NCBI GenBank assembly: GCA_015065295.1
Contig: SVQN01000002.1
Coordinates: forward strand, 37,465 to 101,464
Source of the DNA: Oscillospiraceae bacterium
GTDB lineage: Bacteria > Bacillota > Clostridia > Oscillospirales > CAG-272
DNA length: 64,000 nt
Reading direction: 5' to 3'
The notes under the pieces were generated by a model. The model worked only from the letters and a program-made list of their open reading frames with translations. It was not told the DNA's origin and searched no databases. The translations under genes and the position numbers were made by a program. Positions 40,068-49,351 of the stretch are shown piece after piece. Every line of letters starts with the position of its first letter. Positions within the stretch are counted from its first letter, which is position 1.

Positions 40068-40623
40068 CACGCTTCGGGAATTCCACTATTTCATGCTTCC
40101 CGATTACGAAAAAGAAGAAGAATATCTCCGCGAAATGCACAGGGACGGCTGGAAATTCACTCATGTTACCCTGCCGGGAATCTATCATTTTGAAAAATGC
40201 GAACCGGACGACATTGTCTATCGTATCGACTTCAATCCGCAGTCTGCCGACAAAAAACGGGATTATATCCGGATGTTTGAGGACTACGGGTGGGAATATC
40301 TGCAGGATCTGAACGAATTCAGCTATTTCCGCAAGTCGGCCGAAGAGGCGGATACCGAAATTTTCAGCGACAACGCTTCCAAAGTGGATATGATGCGCCG
40401 AATTTTTACCAAGCGCATGATCCCCATTCTCGTGATTTTCCTCTGCTGTGTTCTGCCGAACATCATCAACCTTAGCCGTCTCGGCATTATGCACATCCGC
40501 CCGTTTGAATACATCCTCATCGGGCTGGTGTATACTGTATTCGGACTGTACATCGGCATTATCACGCACTGCTTTGTCGGATTCCGCCGGCTTTCGCAGA
40601 AATATTCTGACCACGAATCGTAA
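40057..40623 (+). CDS. DUF2812 membrane protein
   Basis: EEEYLREMHRDGW, YHFEKCEP..YRIDF, MFEDYGWEY, YFRK, EIFSD, two C-terminal TM segments. Confidence 0.85.
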   Translation: MKDNTLREFHYFMLPDYEKEEEYLREMHRDGWKFTHVTLPGIYHFEKCEPDDIVYRIDFNPQSADKKRDYIRMFEDYGWEYLQDLNEFSYFRKSAEEADTEIFSDNASKVDMMRRIFTKRMIPILVIFLCCVLPNIINLSRLGIMHIRPFEYILIGLVYTVFGLYIGIITHCFVGFRRLSQKYSDHES

Positions 40624-40641
40624 TTCACAGGAGACTCTGCC

Positions 40642-41262
40642 ATGTTTATAAAAACCAAAATTCCGCCCGATTACAACGATCCGGACGATACCGGCGTTTT
40701 CACCGGCACCGAATTCCGCTATTTTGACCTTTCGGAAGTGGAAAACGAAGAAGACTACCTCACCCGGATGCACCGCGATGGCTGGAAACTCACCAAAGTC
40801 GGCAGTTTCGGTTATTATCAGTTTGAATCCTGCGAACCGGAAGACGTTGTTTACCGTATGGATTTCAATCCCGATGCCTCCGCCGACCGCGAAAACTACC
40901 TCCGGATGTATGAAGACTACGGCTGGGAATGCGCCGTTCGTGTGGACGATACCTTCTATTTCCGCAAAACCGCCGATACCGCTGCTCCGGAATCCACCGA
41001 AATTTTCAGCGACAGCGAATCCCGCCTCGCCATGATGAATGCCATCCTCCGGAAACAGCTCGGCTTCGCCATCTACGCCACCGTTTCCTCCACTCTGGTC
41101 GTTTTTCTGATGGCATTTCAGTCATCCCCCGACCATTTTCTGTATATCCCCGGACTGACGCTGTGCGGGATTCTTCTGCTGAATTTCTATGCCCTCCTGC
41201 TCCGCCGGATCATCGGATTCCGCCGTTTCCGAAAAAAATATTCCATCCGCAAAGTCGGATAA
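40642..41262 (+). CDS. DUF2812 membrane protein (tandem paralog)
   Basis: Same motifs as the preceding ORF. Confidence 0.85.
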   Translation: MFIKTKIPPDYNDPDDTGVFTGTEFRYFDLSEVENEEDYLTRMHRDGWKLTKVGSFGYYQFESCEPEDVVYRMDFNPDASADRENYLRMYEDYGWECAVRVDDTFYFRKTADTAAPESTEIFSDSESRLAMMNAILRKQLGFAIYATVSSTLVVFLMAFQSSPDHFLYIPGLTLCGILLLNFYALLLRRIIGFRRFRKKYSIRKVG

Positions 41263-41342
41263 AATCGTTCGTCACGCCGCATAATACTTCCGTAAATTCG
41301 ATTGCCGTATCCTTCCGATACGGCTTTTTTCGGAGGATAGAT

Positions 41343-41708
41343 ATGATTCCCCTGTTGCTTCCCGAAGATGCGGACTATCTCGCCCGTGCGCTGACCGCCG
41401 AATATGCCGCGCAGGAGCTTCCTTACGCCGCCCTCGTCGGAATTGCCGCCGTTGTCCTCAACCGTGTGGAAGACGACCGTTACCCCGACAGTGCCGCCGC
41501 TGTCCTGTCCGCATGGGAAGGTGAACCCTTTTCCCTGACGCAGAATCTGCCGGACGATCCCCTGCCCCTGCTGACGGACGCCTGCCGTGCCGCTGCCGAC
41601 GGTGCAGACCCCACGGACGGTTCTCTGCATTTCGAAATTCTGGAACCGGATGTTGTGCATGAATCCCCGTATTATTCCGTTGTAATTGACAATATCGCGT
41701 TCTGGTAA
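41343..41708 (+). CDS. Cell wall hydrolase (SleB/CwlJ-like, catalytic domain only)
   Basis: LARALTAE..AAVVLNRV...YP, GADPTDGSLHF, VIDNIAFW; GGAGG SD before ATG 41343. Confidence 0.75.
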   Translation: MIPLLLPEDADYLARALTAEYAAQELPYAALVGIAAVVLNRVEDDRYPDSAAAVLSAWEGEPFSLTQNLPDDPLPLLTDACRAAADGADPTDGSLHFEILEPDVVHESPYYSVVIDNIAFW

Positions 41709-41719
41709 AAATCCCGCAA

Positions 41720-41750
41720 AAAACACCCCGAAGAAACTTCGGGGTGTTTT
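41720..41750. terminator. Bidirectional intrinsic terminator
   Basis: AAAACACCCCGAAG-AAA-CTTCGGGGTGTTTT. Confidence 0.85.
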
Positions 41751-41761
41751 GAATATTGGGC

Positions 41762-44700
41762 TTAATCGTTGTAGCCGAGAACCTTGACGCAGAAGCCGTG
41801 GAGAAGCATTGCAAGTTCACAGCGGAGCGCATTGTCGGTAGGAGTGAGCTTACCACCGCTGGTGATGAGAATGTTGTGCTTGCTTGCAAACTTAACACCT
41901 TCCTGTGCCCAGTCAGCAATCTGGGAAGCATCCTTAATGCTGGAAAGGCTGACACCGGTCGTTGCAGTAGAAACATTTGCGATTCTTTCCGCATAACGCT
42001 TCATGAACAGATACATCTGCTGATGCGTGATCGGGTCATTCGGGCTGAACTTACCGTTACCGGTACCGTTCGTGATTTCCTCCTGAACAGCCCATTCAAT
42101 GTAGGGTGCCGCCCAGGAAATCTGCTGGTCAGTCTTGGAAACGTCAATAAAGCTGGTACCGGAGTAACGCAGAGGATCAATGCCTGCGAGACGGCCGAGA
42201 ACGGTTACGAACATCGCACGGGTCATGGTGGTGGTGGGTTCAAACTTGGTCGCGGTCATACCGTTGAACAGACCTTCGCTACATACGAATGCCACTGCAT
42301 CGTAATACTGTGCGTTCTTGGAAACGTCAGTGAAGGGGTTTGTCCAGTTTTTGGTGGACGATGTGGGCTTGTCTTCTTCCTTTTCGGTTGTCGTAGTGGA
42401 AGAAGTCTTCTTGAAGGTTACACTGAACTTCGCATCGCCCACGATATCCTTCAGTTCAAAGGTACCGACACCCTTGGAGTTTACCGTATAATTCGATGCG
42501 CTGACCGTCTTGTTGTTTACCTTAACAGTTTCGATCTCATAATTTTCATTCGGAGTGATCGTAAAGGTTACGCTGCCACCGTGACCGACGGTTTCCTTGT
42601 TTACAGATGCCTTACCGTTGGTCATGGAATCAATGGTAATAGCGTAAATACCAGGAACCTTGTCTTCCTTGAATTCTAGGGCAGAGTCGTTCTTGGCAAT
42701 GGCAATGGTGATATCCTCATCATCGTAGAAAAGGGTCGCCTTGTCATCTTCGTGGGTATTGTTGATCTTTATAACGAGGTCTTCGCAATCGTCATAATCG
42801 ATCCAGTCGGTATCCAGTTCGAGCTTGTTGCCGTTGAGGTCGATGGTAATGGTAGTATCGTAGTTCGGAGCAAATGTAAAGGAAGTAAGATCCTGGTCTT
42901 CGTCTTCGCCGAGCTTGATCTTTGCAACGAAAGAATCTTCGTAGGAAGAAGAAATATCAAAAGTTTCAACCGCGTCGTCATGATCTTCCAGTGCTTCGAG
43001 AGCTTCTTCAAGATCGTCATAAACCTTTTCATCAATCTTGGTAGTGGAGCTGCTGGAACGGTAGATCGTCATGGTTACAGCCGCATCGGAATCCATCGGA
43101 ATTTCCCCATCGGAGAATTTGAGCGCGGAGCCTTCCGCAACAATAAGAGAAACAGACTTATCGCGGTAAATGAGCTTGCCGTCGTCTTCTCTGCTGGAGT
43201 TCGTAATGGTCACAACGAGGTCTTCGCAATCGTCATAAACGATCCAGTCGGACGGGAGCTTGAGTTCATAACCGTTGAGGTCAATATAAATCGAGTTTTC
43301 GTAGTCCGGTTCAAATTCATAACTGGAGGAGAGTTCCTGATCTTCACCGAACTTGATGCGGATCGTGTATTTGGAACCGAGCGTAATGTCAAATACTTCT
43401 TCCAATTCGTTTTCATCTTTGAGAGCTTCAAGAGCATCATCAAAATCATTGAACGATTTGCTTGCCTTCAGGTAAGTGGAAGTAACGTATGTACCGCTGT
43501 AAATGGAGACGGTGCATTCCGCATCGGTTACGGGGATATATTCACGGATGGAGTAAGAAGTATCGGTAATCGACTTGGTACCAACCTTTACATAAAGCTG
43601 GAGACGTACCTTTCCGTCGCTGCCGATATCCTTGGATTCAATCGTAGTGGAGTTGGTCGTCTTATTGTATACCTTCAGAAGGAGTTCCACATTGGAATAT
43701 TCTTCAAGGTCGCTCTTGCTGTCGATCAGCTTGTTTGTTCCATCAACAATGAGACGGACTTCATCAAAAATATCGTACCAGTGAACATCGTCATTGAGCT
43801 TGTCCCCAACCTTAAGTTCGATGTCATCCTTGTCCTTCAGTTCGTATTCATCGGTATCCTTATCCAGACCGGTAATCGTGACAGAATCCTTTACAGTGAC
43901 GGTATAGGTATCGGAATACTGTTTTTCACCCGACTTTGCAGTAGCCGTTACAGTGACCGTCCCTGTCGTAGTGAAAGAAGAAGGAGAAAGAGCAAACTGA
44001 GAGGTAGTCAGTTCTGATTCAGAGCCGTCGGACCACTTGACGTATACCTTTACATCGGCAGACTTAGAAATCGAGTCTCCCTTGGAATATTCTATCTTGG
44101 AAGGACGTGCGTCAATACCGGTGATCGTTTTTTCGGGAGTCGTATCAACAACTTTAATGGTAACGTTCTGAGAAGATACACCCTTATACTTTACATAGAA
44201 AGTAGTATCCTTGGTGATCTTGCTTCCGAGCGTATAGTCGGACGATACTTCAAAATCCGCAGTACCTGTCTTCGCGTTAATCGATTCCGTCTTGCCGCTA
44301 TTCCAGGTAACCAGAAGTCTTACTTCATTGATTACATAGTCTTTTTCTACTTCCAGACCGTCATACGGAGTAAGAACTTCAACCGATTTGACCGTATCAA
44401 CGACTGCAGCTTCAACCATTACTCCAATGGTATCCTGTACAGTCGTACCATTGTAAGCATACTTGATCGTCACGTCCTGCTCACCAGCAGTCGTAAATGT
44501 TGCGGGTTCTATCGTATAATCGCCCGCATCGAGTTCAACAGCAGTACTTTTGGCATCACTGTATTTTACAGTAACCTGAATACCATCGGTATTAAAAGAC
44601 TCGCCTATCGTATACATCTTCTGGATATCGTAGGTAGTGTCAACCTTGAAGGTACCCGCTTCTATAGTTCTCTTCTTCAGAGCGATCTCCTGAATGGCCT

Positions 44701-45055
44701 GTTCGGAATTCGCACCATCGTCGTATACCGCGCGAACCTGTACTGTTGTAGTTTCAGCACCATCTGCTCCCACCAATCCCTTGGATTTTACCAAACCATT
44801 CTGGTCTACGGTAATGTATGCGGAACTGTCTCCGACTACATTCCACTTAACTTTCGAGGGATCAACCGATTCCGCCAGTTCAAGCTGAAGTTCCGTATCT
44901 TCCCCGCCGTCATACAGTACATCGCCGCTTTTGATCTCAACAAAATCCATTCCTGCGGTCGGCGGAGTGTATGTCGTTTCCGCAAAAGCCGCTGTCGGCA
45001 GCATCATCACAGCCGCAAGGAACGCTGCGATGCCGCGCATAAACTTCTTTTTCAT
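41762..45055 (-). CDS. Secreted SLH-domain surface protein with bacterial Ig-like domains
   Basis: Signal peptide, Big-like domains (ITVDQNGLV, YTIGESFNTDGIQVTVKYSD), a duplicated acidic domain, three C-terminal SLH motifs (FTDV..TRAMFVT, SPNDPIT, ALRCE). Confidence 0.88.
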   Translation of the reverse strand: MKKKFMRGIAAFLAAVMMLPTAAFAETTYTPPTAGMDFVEIKSGDVLYDGGEDTELQLELAESVDPSKVKWNVVGDSSAYITVDQNGLVKSKGLVGADGAETTTVQVRAVYDDGANSEQAIQEIALKKRTIEAGTFKVDTTYDIQKMYTIGESFNTDGIQVTVKYSDAKSTAVELDAGDYTIEPATFTTAGEQDVTIKYAYNGTTVQDTIGVMVEAAVVDTVKSVEVLTPYDGLEVEKDYVINEVRLLVTWNSGKTESINAKTGTADFEVSSDYTLGSKITKDTTFYVKYKGVSSQNVTIKVVDTTPEKTITGIDARPSKIEYSKGDSISKSADVKVYVKWSDGSESELTTSQFALSPSSFTTTGTVTVTATAKSGEKQYSDTYTVTVKDSVTITGLDKDTDEYELKDKDDIELKVGDKLNDDVHWYDIFDEVRLIVDGTNKLIDSKSDLEEYSNVELLLKVYNKTTNSTTIESKDIGSDGKVRLQLYVKVGTKSITDTSYSIREYIPVTDAECTVSIYSGTYVTSTYLKASKSFNDFDDALEALKDENELEEVFDITLGSKYTIRIKFGEDQELSSSYEFEPDYENSIYIDLNGYELKLPSDWIVYDDCEDLVVTITNSSREDDGKLIYRDKSVSLIVAEGSALKFSDGEIPMDSDAAVTMTIYRSSSSTTKIDEKVYDDLEEALEALEDHDDAVETFDISSSYEDSFVAKIKLGEDEDQDLTSFTFAPNYDTTITIDLNGNKLELDTDWIDYDDCEDLVIKINNTHEDDKATLFYDDEDITIAIAKNDSALEFKEDKVPGIYAITIDSMTNGKASVNKETVGHGGSVTFTITPNENYEIETVKVNNKTVSASNYTVNSKGVGTFELKDIVGDAKFSVTFKKTSSTTTTEKEEDKPTSSTKNWTNPFTDVSKNAQYYDAVAFVCSEGLFNGMTATKFEPTTTMTRAMFVTVLGRLAGIDPLRYSGTSFIDVSKTDQQISWAAPYIEWAVQEEITNGTGNGKFSPNDPITHQQMYLFMKRYAERIANVSTATTGVSLSSIKDASQIADWAQEGVKFASKHNILITSGGKLTPTDNALRCELAMLLHGFCVKVLGYND

Positions 45056-45300
45056 TGTATTTCCTCACTTTCTCATGTGAATATCCAATTTCAAACCGTA
45101 TTTCCCTCCATCTTTCATGAAGGTACACTACTACATCATTGCTATAATATCACATCACAGGGCAAATTGGTAGGTTTTCCATCCAAAATTTACAATGTTT
45201 TAACACTCCCCTGTATGCTATATCCATTAGACGTTTGAGAACGCCCAAAAGTTCCCGATTCAATCAAATTTTTCGAAAAATTTTGCACCGCCCTATATCC

Positions 45301-45379
45301 GAAAAGGTTTTTGGAAAGGGTTTGGGGAAACCCGAGTTTGCGAAGCAAATCCCGCTTCCTCAAAAAAGGTTTCCCCAAG
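45301..45379 (+). repeat. REP-like hairpin, family A copy 7 (with nested mini-hairpin)
   Basis: GAAAAGGTTTTTGGAAAGGGTTTGGGGAAACC..AAAAAAGGTTTCCCCAAG. Confidence 0.8.
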
Positions 45380-45385
45380 AAATTT

Positions 45386-46468
45386 TCATAATTCAATCGT
45401 CCGGATGCGCGTCCGTACCAGGCACATTTCGTCCCCGTCCACAACGCCGCCCGCACAGTACGACATCACCGCCGTCTTTTCACCCGTGAACAGGATCGCC
45501 GGATAGCAGAATCCCCCTTCCGGATCGTCCTCGATCACACGCGGTGCGCCCCAGCGGATGCCGCCTTCGCCGAATTCGCCTTCCGCGATCACCAGAGGTG
45601 TGCGTCCGCCGTTCCAGACCTTTGCGCGCGGTCTGCCGTAATATTCCGGTACCGGATTCCAGATCGCGTACAGCTTCCCCGTGAATTCGTTCCGCTTGAT
45701 GAGCAGCGGCGACGCAGGAGCCGTAAACCGTGACGGCTGTGCCGGGAACCACGATGCCCCGCCGTCAATCGACACGGACTCATACTGCCGACCGAGATCG
45801 GTGCGGAAATACGCATAAAGTACCCCCGGAGCCAGCTCGATCAGCCCCGGTTCCTGCATACCCGTTCCGGAATATGCTCCGCCGGTCAGGGCGATCCACG
45901 GCGAAATACGCCGCCATGTGAAGCCGTCGTCGTCGGAAGCATAGAACCCCGCCGTCGCACGTCCGTCGCAGGATTCCTTCCCGTACAGTCCCATCGCCGA
46001 CGGATGATGCGCCGCCGGAACGATCAGACGGCCGTTCGCCATCCGGATCACGCGGTCATTGTTGACAACATAATATCCGGGCATATCGTTCGCCACGCAA
46101 AGCACCGGATCGCCGAACGTCTCCATTTCGTCGGACGAACGGCGGAGGAGATACTCGGACACGATGTGGTTCCGCTTGAGAAGATAGAACAGCCCCACGG
46201 CCCCGTTCGCCATCCGCATAAGCGTAACGCTCATGCAGTTGGTTTCGTTCGCCGCCGGGTCGGGATTCGGACGTACGAGAATCCGCTCGTCCCCGAAGGT
46301 TTCGCCGTTGTCGGAAGAAAAAATGCACGCGATTTCGGCGTAAGCGTGGTCATCCGCGCTGTTCCCGCTGTACCGGCTGTAGGCAAGTGCGATCCGTCCG
46401 TCGTTCAGGCGCAGGAATGAACCTTCGCTGTTGCGGGGATTGCCCGCCTTGGGAGCCAAATCAAACAT
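45386..46468 (-). CDS. Sialidase-like BNR-repeat protein (GH33-like)
   Basis: Asp boxes SSDNGETF, SDDDGFTW, SIDGGASW; RNSEG, QEPG, RTPL, CYP. Confidence 0.8.
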   Translation of the reverse strand: MFDLAPKAGNPRNSEGSFLRLNDGRIALAYSRYSGNSADDHAYAEIACIFSSDNGETFGDERILVRPNPDPAANETNCMSVTLMRMANGAVGLFYLLKRNHIVSEYLLRRSSDEMETFGDPVLCVANDMPGYYVVNNDRVIRMANGRLIVPAAHHPSAMGLYGKESCDGRATAGFYASDDDGFTWRRISPWIALTGGAYSGTGMQEPGLIELAPGVLYAYFRTDLGRQYESVSIDGGASWFPAQPSRFTAPASPLLIKRNEFTGKLYAIWNPVPEYYGRPRAKVWNGGRTPLVIAEGEFGEGGIRWGAPRVIEDDPEGGFCYPAILFTGEKTAVMSYCAGGVVDGDEMCLVRTRIRTIEL

Positions 46469-46480
46469 ACTATATTCTCC

Positions 46481-47155
46481 TTACTGCAAATCGTTTTCAA
46501 ATTTATGGATGGAGTCCGTCTTGCCGATGACCGTAATGCTGTCGTCGGCATGAAGAACCATGTCCGGCAGGATATCGGTGGAAATGGTATCGCCGTGCCG
46601 TCTTGCAATGATGTTCAGCCCGTACCGGCTGCGGACGTTCAGTTCCACAACCGTCTTCCCTTCCGCCTTTTCGCTCAGCTTGATCTCCATGATGTCGATC
46701 TCATCGCTCAGCGAGATGTATTCGAGAATATTCGGGGAGATCAGCTTCCCCGCCAGCCGGAGAGCCATGTCCCGCTCGGGGTAGACGACCTCCGCGCCGA
46801 GCATCGCCAGCACCTCGCCCTGTTCCGCGCTGGATGCCTTGGAAATGACCTTCGGCACTCCCAGACGGATCACCGTCAGCGTCGTCAGAATGCTTACGTC
46901 AATCTTGTCGCCGATGCAGATGACCGCAACGTCCGCTTCCGCAATCCCGGTTGCCTCCAGATTTTCTCTGGTCATTTCATCCACCACAAACGCATTGTCC
47001 GTGAAGTCCGCCGCTTCGACCCGGTTCCGGTCGCGGTCAACAACCATGACATCGCAGCCCTTCGCTGCCAGTTCTTCCGCCAGCGCGAATCCGAACCGTC
47101 CGAGTCCGACGACAGCATACAATTTATCCGATTTTTTCTTGAATTTCTTTGCCAT
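46481..47155 (-). CDS. ktrA: Potassium uptake regulatory subunit (KtrA/TrkA)
   Basis: GLGRFG RCK_N, VVYPERDMA, RCK_C. Confidence 0.88.
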   Translation of the reverse strand: MAKKFKKKSDKLYAVVGLGRFGFALAEELAAKGCDVMVVDRDRNRVEAADFTDNAFVVDEMTRENLEATGIAEADVAVICIGDKIDVSILTTLTVIRLGVPKVISKASSAEQGEVLAMLGAEVVYPERDMALRLAGKLISPNILEYISLSDEIDIMEIKLSEKAEGKTVVELNVRSRYGLNIIARRHGDTISTDILPDMVLHADDSITVIGKTDSIHKFENDLQ

Positions 47156-47176
47156 ATCTGTTCTCCAATTCTTTCC

Positions 47177-48535
47177 TTACCCGATCGGGATTTCTTCTTC
47201 CGGTCTTGACACACCGCTCGGTGCGGCAACCCACATTGTTGCGATGGTCAGAGGTCCGAGACGGCCGATGTACATCGTCAGGATCACGATCAGCTTCGAT
47301 GCCGTACACAGGGTCGGCGTCACATCCATCGACAGCCCGACCGTTGCGGTTGCCGAAACGATTTCAAAAAATACTTCCGACAGCGACAGATGCGGTTCCA
47401 GCATCGTCAGCAGAAAGGCTGCGAAAATCACCCAGCATAAACCGAGCGAAATAATCACAAACGCCTTATGCAGCGCGTCGTCCTTGAGCTTTTTTCCGAA
47501 CGCCACGGCTTCCTTCCCCGTTGCCGTCGAAATCAGCGACTTGATGAGGACAAACATCGTTGTCGTTTTCATACCGCCGCCCGTCGAGCCGGGGTTTGCC
47601 CCGATGAACATCAGGATGCACATGACAATCACGCCCGCCATCGAGAATTTTGTGAACGGGAACGTCGTGAACCCGGCGGTACGCGCGGTCATGCTCGAGA
47701 ACAGCGCGCCCATCCAGGTAATGTTGTCCCCTTCGGTCAGCTTCAGCAGAACACCGCCGCCGAGGTAGAGGATCGCCGTCATCATCAGCACCACTTTCGT
47801 GTGCAGGGTAAGCTGCGGACGTTCCTCGTACAGCTTCCGCCGGCTGATTTCTCCGGCCTTTTTCAGCCGGTACAGCCGGACAGACGAACGGATATATCCG
47901 AGAATATCCCGGGTTGCAAAGAAGCCGAATCCGCCCGCGATTACAAGAAACGACGTGGTAAAATTCATCCAGCCGTTCCCCGCGTAGCCGGTCAGACTCA
48001 CGCCGCCGCCGAAAATATCAAATCCGGCGTTGTTGAACGACGCGATTGAGTGGAACACGGACATCCAGACCGCCCTGCCGAGCGGATATTCCTGCACAAA
48101 CGTGACAAACGCCATCGCCGCGCCGAGGAATTCGATTGTAAAAGTCAGCACCAGCACCGCGCGGATGAGAGGCATGACATCCTTGAACGTGGGGTAATTG
48201 AGAGCCTCCTTGACGAGGTTATTCCCGCGCTGATTGAGTTTTCCGCCGAGGAGCGCGACCAGTCCGGCACCGAGGGAGGTAATTCCCAGCCCGCCGATCT
48301 GGATCAGCAGAGCGATCACGACATGACCGAAGGTCGAGAAATCCCATCCGGGGTCGAGGGTGTTCAGCCCCGTGACGCAGACCGCGCTGACGGTAGTAAA
48401 GAGAGCATCCACGAAGGAAACGGACGTCCGTCCGGTATGAGATACCGGCAGCAGAAGAAGAGCTGTACCGGCGGCAATCACGCTGAGAAAGCCGATAGCG
48501 ATAACCTTCGCGGGGGAGATACGTTTTTTTCTCAT
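47177..48535 (-). CDS. ktrB: Potassium uptake membrane subunit (KtrB/TrkH)
   Basis: SAVCVTGL, FNNAGF, RTAGF, GSTGGGMKTTT, ATVGLS, GRLGPLT; start ATG 48535. Confidence 0.9.
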   Translation of the reverse strand: MRKKRISPAKVIAIGFLSVIAAGTALLLLPVSHTGRTSVSFVDALFTTVSAVCVTGLNTLDPGWDFSTFGHVVIALLIQIGGLGITSLGAGLVALLGGKLNQRGNNLVKEALNYPTFKDVMPLIRAVLVLTFTIEFLGAAMAFVTFVQEYPLGRAVWMSVFHSIASFNNAGFDIFGGGVSLTGYAGNGWMNFTTSFLVIAGGFGFFATRDILGYIRSSVRLYRLKKAGEISRRKLYEERPQLTLHTKVVLMMTAILYLGGGVLLKLTEGDNITWMGALFSSMTARTAGFTTFPFTKFSMAGVIVMCILMFIGANPGSTGGGMKTTTMFVLIKSLISTATGKEAVAFGKKLKDDALHKAFVIISLGLCWVIFAAFLLTMLEPHLSLSEVFFEIVSATATVGLSMDVTPTLCTASKLIVILTMYIGRLGPLTIATMWVAAPSGVSRPEEEIPIG

Positions 48536-48583
48536 GAGTAATCCTATAAAATTTTGTTTTGTGTAAATCGTTCGTATTTCAAT

Positions 48584-49031
48584 AGGTAGAAAAATGACCT
48601 GAAGGTCATTTTTCAATTTTTATCGCCTACGCGGCGGGCGCACAAAGGGGCTCAGACGCCGCCCCTTTGTGAATTGCCGGCTTGGAAATCGTTCGGGGGA
48701 CTCGGCCTTGAGGCCTCGGACAGACAGCGGTTTGCCCGCATTCAGACCCTTAGGAAGAGACAAGGTACAGTGCAAATCTGTCCAAATCATTTGTTCACTA
48801 CAAACAGCCGTAAGGGAAAATTGTAAATTAAGGTTCCACCTTTGGTTGAACGAAATCTCTATTCTTCCGTACGATCTGCTGAGTGCAAACCGCTGTATGT
48901 TTGAGCCCTTAAGGGCGAGTCCCACGAACGCTAAGCCGGAAATTCATAAAGGGGCGGCGTCTGAGCCCCTTTATGCGCCCGTCCCGCGCAGGGACATTAA
49001 TTTTGAAAACCGCTTCAGCGGTTTTCTACCT
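48584..49031 (+). mobile_element. Giant-hairpin element, family B copy 3
   Basis: Same architecture; AGGTAGAAAA / TTTTCTACCT ends; followed by a partial extra arm at 49034-49068. Confidence 0.75.
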
Positions 49032-49080
49032 TTTCGACCGAAGGTCGATTGCCGTCCCGCAGGGACATTCCCAATATACA

Positions 49081-49108
49081 AAAAACGGCAGAAAACTGCC
49101 GCTTTTTT
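49081..49108 (-). terminator. Terminator of the decarboxylase beta/gamma operon
   Basis: CGGCAG-N4-CTGCCG stem flanked by A/T runs. Confidence 0.65.
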
Positions 49109-49114
49109 GCATGA

Positions 49115-49336
49115 TTATTCCGCGGAATCGTCGCCGGACTTCCGGATGCGGGAAATGACCTTTTCAAGAAGGACAACCACGCCCGCAATCGCACCGATTA
49201 CGATGAAAATGCAGATCATTCCAACGCCCATATACTTCAGGTTTTCCACAAAGCTCATGGGATGGAATTCAAAATTCGAGAAGAAGGACGAGAGGTATAC
49301 CGGCAGAAATACCGTGAGATATGTCATAAGATTCAT
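49115..49336 (-). CDS. OadG-like small membrane protein (Na+-decarboxylase gamma subunit)
   Basis: LKYMGVGMICIFIVIG TM segment; GGAGG SD; follows the beta subunit. Confidence 0.7.
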   Translation of the reverse strand: MNLMTYLTVFLPVYLSSFFSNFEFHPMSFVENLKYMGVGMICIFIVIGAIAGVVVLLEKVISRIRKSGDDSAE

Positions 49337-49351
49337 GGTCAGTACCTCCTA

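Noticed and set aside
48536-49114. c-di-AMP (ydaO) riboswitch upstream of ktrBA
   Set aside because: No ydaO consensus seen; the region is occupied by family B copy 3
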